From Nitrospirota bacterium (GTDB lineage Bacteria > JACPQY01), in assembly GCA_016180645.1 (NCBI GenBank), contig JACPAV010000002.1, forward strand, positions 1 through 64,000: DNA of 64,000 nucleotides, given 5' to 3'. Under the pieces are notes generated by a model, which worked only from the letters and a program-made list of their open reading frames with translations, was not told the origin of the DNA and searched no databases. Of this stretch, positions 8,981 through 17,200 are shown piece by piece. Position 1 is the stretch's first letter; every line of letters starts with the position of its first letter. The translations under genes and the position numbers were made by a program.

Positions 8981-10366
8981 CTAAGGCTGGCTGTCAGCCA
9001 GCGAGACTTCGTTGAAGGTCAGTGGAGAAAGACTTTCAAACCAGACATCCCCTGCGGTGAAGCGCGGTCCGGCCGGATGCATGAGAAAGTCCAGATCCTC
9101 TGCTTTCATGACGCGAAGGCCGGAATTGCCGGAGCAGTCCCCTGAGCCGGAGCAGGAGGCGACGGCGGAATAGTTCGAAGGGTTGAGGAGCAAGTCGGCA
9201 GTACCCGAATTGATGTCCTTGTACCCGATACCCTTGAAGCCGGCCGCCGGATTTCCCCGGATGGTGTGAAGGAGAGTGGAATCTCCGATCTTGTGCTTGT
9301 ACAGATTCCCCACCGCGCCTTGGTAATCCGTCACCTGACTGAAGACTCCATCTGAATTGACGGTTCCGGCAATCCGAACCCTCGCATGTCGGTTGTAGGC
9401 GGTTTGGACGTTTTCGTCCGGTTGGGGATTGTCGTAGTCCTGATTCTTCTGTTCATATCGAAGAACGCCCATCTGGGTATCAAGATGAAACGTGTAGGCG
9501 TCATTCTTGTCGCTCTCCTTGATGAATCTACCCGCACCCACTGCAAGCCCTTCTCCGTCTTTGAGCAGGAGCTGAAGGTTCAGTGATTCGCCCTGGATGA
9601 CGGTAACAATCTGAAGGCTTCGATCCCAGGCTCCCGTCTTGCCAAACGCAGAGGGTGAGGAGGCGGTGATGGTGACCTGGATCGGCTGGGCGGGAAAATT
9701 GGGGACAAAATTATCCGGGAAGCATTCGGAGTCGGCGGGGTTGACGGTGGCCGTTCGCGATGAGCCATTGTAGGTCAGGTCGGGCACGGCCTTTTCCGCA
9801 AGGCACACGAAGCCGCGGGTTAGGAGCATCCGGCCCAGGGGACTTTCCGGCCCCGTGCCGGGTTGCTTTAGAACGCAATAAAACAGCGCCGGCGCGTATT
9901 TCGGGTCAAGGTCCGGGAGCGGAATTCCCGAAGCATCCAGCGGCGATGCGCCATCCGTGCACGTCGGTTCGAGTTGGACCGGATATCGGAACATGCCGGG
10001 CAACGAGGCGCGAGGGGGCGCGCCCGGGAGGGGCTCCAGCGAGGCGCCACGCGCGGTGCTTCCTCCGATCAGACTCGACCCGCCGGCGGTCATGGAGGTC
10101 GTCACCGCGTTCGTCACTTTCAAGAGCACGTCGCTCGCCTTCGAGGGCTTTGGGGGCGCTACGGAGGTCGTCCCGGTAGTCGGGGTCGTTGGAGTCGTCG
10201 CTTCGGGAATAGCGGCTTGATCGCTGCCGGTGGTCGCCGTGGACGTGCCGGTCGCCGTGGCGGGCGAGCTCTCCTTCTCGCTTCCCCCGCATCCGCCGGG
10301 TCCTGCTGCAACCCCAATGGCGAAAACGCCGGACAGGAGAAGGCCTGTTGTGAAAGTTTTTCGCAT
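8981..10366 (-). CDS. Secreted/lipoprotein paralogue B of the PGGCGG/LEPLPGAPPR family (different C-terminal body)
   Basis: Signal peptide, AGPGGCGGSEKESSPATAT, Thr-rich linker, SLEPLPGAPPR; 3-nt gap to the upstream gene. Confidence 0.85.
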   Translation of the reverse strand: MRKTFTTGLLLSGVFAIGVAAGPGGCGGSEKESSPATATGTSTATTGSDQAAIPEATTPTTPTTGTTSVAPPKPSKASDVLLKVTNAVTTSMTAGGSSLIGGSTARGASLEPLPGAPPRASLPGMFRYPVQLEPTCTDGASPLDASGIPLPDLDPKYAPALFYCVLKQPGTGPESPLGRMLLTRGFVCLAEKAVPDLTYNGSSRTATVNPADSECFPDNFVPNFPAQPIQVTITASSPSAFGKTGAWDRSLQIVTVIQGESLNLQLLLKDGEGLAVGAGRFIKESDKNDAYTFHLDTQMGVLRYEQKNQDYDNPQPDENVQTAYNRHARVRIAGTVNSDGVFSQVTDYQGAVGNLYKHKIGDSTLLHTIRGNPAAGFKGIGYKDINSGTADLLLNPSNYSAVASCSGSGDCSGNSGLRVMKAEDLDFLMHPAGPRFTAGDVWFESLSPLTFNEVSLADSQP

Positions 10367-10369
10367 AAC

Positions 10370-12070
10370 CTATTTGATCTCCTTCATGGTAACCAATGTG
10401 TAGCTGGTATCTATCGTTGACGCCAGTGAAGCGCAACCGGCCGCGGGAGTGCCGCCGACACCGGCCAGATTCCATCCTGTACCTTCTCCGGAGGCGGTCA
10501 AGTCACTACAAATAACTTTGGCCTTCCCTGTCGCCCCTTCGGCTGCCAGCCTCGTGAATCCGGAGATGATCGGGGTTTTCAGAGGGTTCTGGAAATCGAT
10601 CTTATCATCCGCGTTCGGCACCACATAGGAGATGGCCGTGTCGGCCAGTGCGGCGGTGGTATCCTTTGTGGCGATCACTCGAAGATCCACGGCATAGATG
10701 GTCTTCGCCGGGTCATCCTTGACAGAGTACAAATCCAACCTGGCATTGTAGGTCGGTAGCGTGAACAGATAGCTCTCAAGAACAGTGTTTGAGCTACCTC
10801 GGCGCGGCACCGGGCCCACACGTAGGTTCGAGACAAAAATGCTGTTGCCGCTCAGGTCTTGCATCTGGGCCAAACCGAAGGGGGGGTTGCGGTAGCCTTG
10901 GAGAAGGCCGGCGGGGTTGAATATAATGTCGAGTGTAAACTGGGCTTGGCTGTCTAGGTCCGCCTGTGAAATCGTGAACGGCGACTGGAATTTGAAGATG
11001 CCTCCCACGTAGGAGGACACGGCGACTTCCTGTGAGGACCCGGAGGTTCCTTCAAGGTTCTCCACCGTAACGATCGTCCATGGAGTTCCTGCTCCAGCTT
11101 CACGAAGCGTTACCGGGCCTTCCCTGCTCACCAGTGTGCGCCCATCATTCAGGATCAACTCCCCGTTGACCTTTACGAACGGGGCTACCTGGAACACACC
11201 GTACACATACGACTTGGCCGCCGCACCCGCCGCCGATGTCGTCCCTCCCACTGAACAATCCTGGGGACAGTTGGCTTCATTTTCCCCGAGTGGCGCTTCG
11301 CATGTGCGGTTGAGATTGCAGGGGCCCGGCTGAGGTCCACTGATCAATGTCCCCATGTTCAGCCCACTGTTTAGGTCCACCGGGATGTTCTGCAACTTGG
11401 CGGCGAGATCCTTCGCATCCATGAGGTTGACAAAATTCCCCGAGTCGGCCTTTGCCTGATCGACCGTGTAGGAGCTGCTTGCGGCGAGTGAACCGCCGGG
11501 TTCCGGGGCCTTGTAGAGTTGGAAACAATTCGTGCTTTCCTGAAACAAATTCCCTCCGCCTCCGGGGCCGTTGAGTTGGTAGCCCTGCTCATTGCAAATG
11601 GCGACGCGAAGGAGATAAACCTTGAAAGATTTCAGTTGGGACGCCGTGGACTGACCGACGATCTGGGCTGAAGTCATCTGGAGCCGAATCGGGCTCTCAA
11701 GAAAGAACCCCGGCAGTTTCGAGAGTCTTTCGGAAGCCCGAAACGAGCCTCCGGCGTCACCGGTACCGAATAGGATCGTTCGGGGTGGCGCTCCGGGAAG
11801 CGGCTCCAGCGTGGCATTCCGAACATTAAGCGTCAGTGTCGCCTTCTTGGCTGAGATTGCAGGCGGCTGGTCCGTGGTGGAGTCGGATGTCCCACCCGGC
11901 AATTGCCCGGGCTTCGTTGGATCCGTCGGTTGGGTGGTGGGCTGAGTCGCCGTGGCGGGCGTGCTCTCTTTCTCTCCACCGCCGCAGCCGCCGGGGGAGG
12001 CGGACGCGCCGAAGGCCAGCGTGAGGGCCAGCCCGGCCGTGACCATGAGGTGCTTTTGGTTCTTCATCAT
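10370..12070 (-). CDS. Secreted/lipoprotein paralogue A of the PGGCGG/LEPLPGAPPR family
   Basis: Signal peptide, ASPGGCGGGEKESTPATAT, NVRNATLEPLPGAPPR, Cys-rich module; C-terminus YTLVTMKEIK matches YTLVGLKEVK of 7214-8959. Confidence 0.85.
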   Translation of the reverse strand: MMKNQKHLMVTAGLALTLAFGASASPGGCGGGEKESTPATATQPTTQPTDPTKPGQLPGGTSDSTTDQPPAISAKKATLTLNVRNATLEPLPGAPPRTILFGTGDAGGSFRASERLSKLPGFFLESPIRLQMTSAQIVGQSTASQLKSFKVYLLRVAICNEQGYQLNGPGGGGNLFQESTNCFQLYKAPEPGGSLAASSSYTVDQAKADSGNFVNLMDAKDLAAKLQNIPVDLNSGLNMGTLISGPQPGPCNLNRTCEAPLGENEANCPQDCSVGGTTSAAGAAAKSYVYGVFQVAPFVKVNGELILNDGRTLVSREGPVTLREAGAGTPWTIVTVENLEGTSGSSQEVAVSSYVGGIFKFQSPFTISQADLDSQAQFTLDIIFNPAGLLQGYRNPPFGLAQMQDLSGNSIFVSNLRVGPVPRRGSSNTVLESYLFTLPTYNARLDLYSVKDDPAKTIYAVDLRVIATKDTTAALADTAISYVVPNADDKIDFQNPLKTPIISGFTRLAAEGATGKAKVICSDLTASGEGTGWNLAGVGGTPAAGCASLASTIDTSYTLVTMKEIK

Positions 12071-12085
12071 AGTGCTCCGATCCCG

Positions 12086-12262
12086 TTATGGAATGTTGAA
12101 GATGAGGATGCGATTGGCGGTATTGTCAGCGGCGTAAAGGCGGCCGTTGGCGCCGTCGTATGCCAGCCCCTTGACCCCGCCGCAAGCGAAGACAAGCAGC
12201 GCCAGCGCCGGAGGCCGCAACAGCCGGGAAACCCTTCGACCGATTCCAATATTAGTTCTCAT
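12086..12262 (-). CDS. 58-aa lipoprotein-signal peptide fused to a single NHL/beta-propeller blade (possible internally deleted remnant)
   Basis: RBS aggagggaga before ATG 12262; MRTNIGIGRRVSRLLRPPALALLVFAC-GG-VKGLAYDGANGRLYAADNTANRILIFNIP. Confidence 0.6.
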   Translation of the reverse strand: MRTNIGIGRRVSRLLRPPALALLVFACGGVKGLAYDGANGRLYAADNTANRILIFNIP

Positions 12263-12385
12263 GTCTCCCTCCTGAGCACATTGTGACACCTGAACTCTGG
12301 GGCTGATGGATCTCGTCCGAATTGAGGCTACAGCCGGTTTGCCCTCCACATTCCGTCCGAGCTTGACGCGCATGGTACCCACCTT

Positions 12386-12646
12386 TCACTCCGGCTTCAA
12401 TGGATGATGGCGCTCAGCATTTGATCCTGCCCCGAGAACGGGGTCTGTTCCCCGGCCACGTGATGCGTCCTGCCGCCAAGAGGGTTCCGCCGGCAGGAAC
12501 GCCCTTCGAATCCCGACCGGAGAAGGGGACGTTTGGACGACCCCGCCTGATCGGTTGCCGCTCGCCGCTGCACATCCGGTTGAGAAGGCGGTGAGCAATC
12601 CCATGAGCACGAGCAGGAACGCCGAGATCCACGTGGCGGGACGCAT
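12386..12646 (-). CDS. Small putative lipoprotein, hypothetical
   Basis: MRPATWISAFLLVLMGLLTAFSTGC signal with Cys; gaggtg RBS overlapping the end of the upstream kinase gene. Confidence 0.45.
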   Translation of the reverse strand: MRPATWISAFLLVLMGLLTAFSTGCAAASGNRSGGVVQTSPSPVGIRRAFLPAEPSWRQDASRGRGTDPVLGAGSNAERHHPLKPE

Positions 12647-12656
12647 GGTTTTCACC

Positions 12657-14072
12657 TCAGCACGCCATCCCATCGCGCTCGCGGGTCTTCTCGGCGGAAC
12701 CTGCGCCATTCGCTCGCGTTCGGGCATCAAGAGCTTCTCGGACCTTCAGCGCCAAGCCGTCGAGTGTGAAAGGTTTCTGGATGAAATCGGCACCTGGGGT
12801 GCGGTTGCCGTTCGAGGCCATACGGCGCTCCGTGTAGCCAGACATGTAGAGCACCCGGATCTCCGGAAGTTTTTCGCGCAATCGCTGAACCACTTCGATG
12901 CCGCCCATGCGGGGCATGACCATGTCCGTGATCAAGAGATGGACCGGCCCGTTGTGCGATTCCAGCGCCCTGAAGGCCTCGATTCCGTCGGCCGCCTCGA
13001 TAACGGTGTAGCCGGTGGCCGTGAGGAATCGCGCCGCGAGATCTCGGACCATTCGTTCGTCCTCCACGAGGAGGATGGTTTCCGTGGCCGATTCTGCCGG
13101 CTTCTGTTTCGCCTCCACCCCGCACGGCGCGCCCCCCGCCGACGCGCGAGGGAAAAACACTTTGAAGGTCGCCCCGCGATCCGGCTCACTGTAAACGGAC
13201 ACGTGCCCGCCGCACTGCTTTGCAATTCCATACACGGTGGCCAGTCCCAAACCGGTGCCCTCCCCCTTCGCCTTGGTGGTGAAGAACGGTTCGAACACCC
13301 GCGAGAGGGTCTCACCATCCATCCCATGCCCCGTATCGCTCACCGCCAGCATGACATGGAGTCCCGGCTTCGCCTCGGGATGCTGAGACACGTAGGCTGA
13401 GTCGAACTCGACGTTCTGGGTCTCGATCGAGATGCGGCCTCCCATCGGCATCGCATCGCGCGCATTCACCGCGAGGTTCATGAGAACCTGCTCCACCTGG
13501 CTGGGGTCTGCATGGATCTTTCCGATGCCGGCCCCCAAGCCGACCTCAATGGCGATGTCCTCCCCTACAAGGCTCCGGAGAAGTTTGCTCATGTTCTCGA
13601 CGATGACGTTGAGATCGATGACCTCGGCGTGGACCGACTGTTGGCGGCTGAAGGTGAGAAGCTGGCGCGTGAGGGCCGCAGCGCGTTCGGCAGATCGGAC
13701 GATCTGCTGAACTTCAAGCCGAACCGGATCGTCCGACGGTAGACGGCGCATGACGAACTGGCCGTGTCCTAGGATGACCGTCAGGAGATTGTTGAAGTCG
13801 TGTGCGATCCCGCCCGCCAGCCGCCCGATCGCCTCCATCTTTTGGGATTGCCGGCGTCGTTTCTCATATTGATTCTTCTCGCCGTCCCCAGAGCAACGCG
13901 GCGCGGGGCGGTGCCGCTCTTCACGCACGTTCCTTTCACCGTCCCCGCAGCGGAGCGGAGCGGGACGTCTCCTCTCCTCCAGTTTCGATCCCATGCTTCC
14001 ACCCTTGTCCGCCGCGGCGGACTTGCGGGTGAAATCACCTTTCGACGTTTCCGTGTTTCTGAACGTGGCCAT
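12657..14072 (-). CDS. Cytoplasmic hybrid histidine kinase/response regulator (CckA-like HisKA-HATPase-REC) without a recognisable sensor domain
   Basis: H-box AGGIAHDFNNLL, N-box QVLMNLAVNARDAM, DTGHGM, FEPFFTTK, GTGLGL; REC ILLVEDE...LLITDMVMP...FIQKPF; RBS gagggggt before ATG. Confidence 0.93.
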   Translation of the reverse strand: MATFRNTETSKGDFTRKSAAADKGGSMGSKLEERRRPAPLRCGDGERNVREERHRPAPRCSGDGEKNQYEKRRRQSQKMEAIGRLAGGIAHDFNNLLTVILGHGQFVMRRLPSDDPVRLEVQQIVRSAERAAALTRQLLTFSRQQSVHAEVIDLNVIVENMSKLLRSLVGEDIAIEVGLGAGIGKIHADPSQVEQVLMNLAVNARDAMPMGGRISIETQNVEFDSAYVSQHPEAKPGLHVMLAVSDTGHGMDGETLSRVFEPFFTTKAKGEGTGLGLATVYGIAKQCGGHVSVYSEPDRGATFKVFFPRASAGGAPCGVEAKQKPAESATETILLVEDERMVRDLAARFLTATGYTVIEAADGIEAFRALESHNGPVHLLITDMVMPRMGGIEVVQRLREKLPEIRVLYMSGYTERRMASNGNRTPGADFIQKPFTLDGLALKVREALDARTRANGAGSAEKTRERDGMAC

Positions 14073-14126
14073 ACCCCCTCAAGAGCAAGCGTCAGGCCAA
14101 ACGCTCCCGACCTGCGAACTGCATGG

Positions 14127-14146
14127 ATAATATAGTTATGTATTAT
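14127..14146. promoter_or_regulatory. AT-rich inverted repeat ATAATA-N8-TATTAT in a divergent promoter region
   Basis: Seen directly between the divergent kinase genes; operator role is inferred. Confidence 0.35.
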
Positions 14147-14225
14147 ACTTATACGAACACGGCGACCACCGGTTTCCGCGTTACGCGTGGTTGTTTGTCA
14201 CGTCACGTGGCGATTTGCACCGTGC

Positions 14226-17200
14226 ATGAATTCCGATATACTCCTGCGCGTGCCCGACAAAATCCTGGGAAGGCTTGAAATCCTCCAGACTCTGGGTGAG
14301 GGCCAGTTCGGCCGCGTTCACAGGGCGTTCGATCACGTACTGAACAAGGAAGTCGCCGTGAAGGAGTTCTTCAGAATGGACCTGGAGAAGGCCGACACCT
14401 CCTTCCAAACAGAGATGAAGGTTCTCGCCCACCTCCACCATCCCGCCCTGCTCAAGGTGTACGACCTGCTGGTGGACGATACGACCGGTTCGCACTTCCT
14501 CACGGAAGAACTGATCGCCGGGCGAGATGCGTCGAAGGTTCTCAAGGAGGCCGATTGGGAAATTCGATGGCAGCTCTTCGCCCAGCTCCTCCAGGGTCTC
14601 GAATACCTTCATCAGCGCGGAATCATTCATCTCGATATCAAGCCGCCCAACGTGCTCGTCAGTGCCCCCGCGCACGAAGGAGGCATTCCCCAGGCCCGAA
14701 TCCTCGACTTCGGGGTCGCCGACGAAATCGGAAAGTTCGACAAGAAGGGACTGATCGCCGGGACGTTTCCGTACATGGCGCCCGAAGTGGTCCGCGGTGA
14801 TCACATCGACGGGCGGGCCGATCTCTACTCACTCGGCATGATGTTCTTCGAAGTCTTCAAAAGGCCTTCTCCTTTGCCCGATGGCCCGGCCGGCGAATGG
14901 CCCGGCGGCGGCGAAGCGGGAGGGACGGTGGCCGCGGACGCGAGCGATATCGCCCCAAGCACGGAAGCTCTCATTCAGGAGACGCTTAACCGAACCGCAC
15001 CGCTTCGGACGGATTTCCAAGACGACGTACCCGAAAGCTTTCGAGAAGTCCTGATCACCCTACTCGATCCCAACCCGCGGCGCCGGTTCTGGTCCGCCAA
15101 CGATGTCATCCGCCGCCTTAACGCGCGGGTGGGACGCCGCTTCCTCCTCGAACCGGGACGTCTCCGCATTCCGGACAAGGCCACGGCCGTGCTCTCCGGA
15201 CGAGCGGAGGAATTCAAGGAGGTCGTCGGTTGGATGGAGCAGTTCCAGAAGACGGACGCCACACTATTCTTGGGGGTCATCGAGGGCCGCGCTCAGAGCG
15301 GCAAGTCGGCCGTCCTCGAGGAGGTTCGTCGCTGGGCGGAACTCGCCGATCGATTCGTCGTAAGCCTTCGCGGACCCTCCGAGGGACCTGCCGAACTTTT
15401 CATGAGACTGATGCACGATTCGGACGTCAAGGACCTCGAACCTCTTGCCCCATTCCTCAAGGCCCTTCTCCCGGCCCGTTTCGGGAGCGCGGAAGATCCT
15501 CCGGAACTGGAAACCCGCCCCGAGCTCCTCAAAGCGAGGGTATTGGAGAAGCATGCCGAGGCTCTCGCTCTGCTCCTGAAGAAACGACCGGTCATTCTGC
15601 TCGTGGACGACGTGGATCAGAAGAAGGATCTGGCGGAACTTCTGACGTTCCTCGGACGGGTGCTCCACGAGGCCGCAACCGCATCGGCACCCCCGGGCAA
15701 GATGAAAACGTTCCTTCTGATGACCGCTTCCGCCTCCGAGGGTTTGATGGTCGATCCGAAGCCTTCGCACACCCTGACGCTGAAAAACTGGTCGAAGCCT
15801 ACGGCATTGGCGGTGCTGAACACTCTCCTGGCGGTTGAGCATGTGCCGGAAAAGCTCCTTCAGAAATTAATGGAGAAGACCGAGGGAATGCCCGGGCTCC
15901 TCGTGGAATACGTCCGGCTCCTCGTGAATGAGGTCCTGAAGCCGGGGGAAGACATCGAGGGCCAGCTCGATGCCCTCGATTGGCGGAATCTCGACGCCAG
16001 CCTCGACCTGGCGGCGTGGTATCAGGGAGACGTCGAACGACTCGACAACCAGGAAAGATCGATCCTCCGCTGGCTGAGTCTCACTTCATTGGAATTGGCC
16101 GCCGAAGACCTTGAACTTCTGGATCCTCCCCTCGTGGGACAGGCCGCAGCCGCCATTCGGAAGCTCCAGGATCTTGGCTGGGTCCGGCAGGGACCCAGCG
16201 GCTACCAACTTTCGAGCGAACTGAGACGGGAGGCCTCGTATCGGGAGATTCCACCCGCCGACGAATTTCGAATGCGTCTCCTCCTTGGAGAGAAATGGGA
16301 GGACCTCTCGTTGTCCCGGTTCGACAGACAGGGCGAGTCGGAGGGCGTCGGGCTCGAACGGGCGCACCAGTTCTTCCTGGGCGGCGACTCCGCCCGGGCC
16401 TTCGCTCTCGCCAAGCCCGAGATCCAACTCATGCTCAAGCTCAACCGGCCCGAACCCGTCGTGCAATTCCTGAGTTCACACGACATCCCAGCCCAGGCGT
16501 TGCCGGAAGAACCCCGCCGCCAGTATCGGAAATTCCTCGCGCAGGCCTTCCTGCAAACCGCGAACTTCCCGGGAGCCACCGAAGGGTACGGCGAGCTGCT
16601 TTCCGAGTCGCAGGAGCCGAGGGAGCGGGCGGAGCTGGCCGTCGCCTTGGCGCGGGCTCACCGGTACGGCGGACAGCTTAAGGAAGCGGCGGAGACGATC
16701 CGCCAGGCGCGGGCGCAGATGGATGAGACTTCCCCCTTTGTACCCAACCTGGACTCTCTGCTGGCTGACATCCTCGTGGAGCACGCCCGTTATGACGAGG
16801 CGGCCGGTATTGCCCAGCCGTACCTCACGGGCGGGCGCCCCTGTCACGTCGAGGAAGCCCTCGCCTTCCGACATGCCGTGGCCAAGGTCCATTTCTATCA
16901 TGGCCGCATAGAGGAGGCGATCGAACTCTCGAAGCTGAACGTGACGGAAAGTCAGCGTTCGGGACGGCCCAGCCGGCATGCCCTCGCCCTCAACATGCTG
17001 GGCGCGGCCTATCTCAAACAGGGAAACATCGCCGAGGCCACGCCTCTCTTCCACTCCTGCTCCGCCATTAGCGCCGAAATCGGCGATCTCCGAACGATGG
17101 CGCTGGCGTGCGTCAACCTCGGGATGTGCTACCACGAAACCGGCGATCTCGAAGCGTCGATCAAGTACCACGAGAAGGCCGCCGCGATGTTCCGACGGAT

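Noticed and set aside
14200-14225. TGGCGATTTGCA as a sigma-54 promoter
   Set aside because: GG-to-GC spacing is not the required 10 nt.
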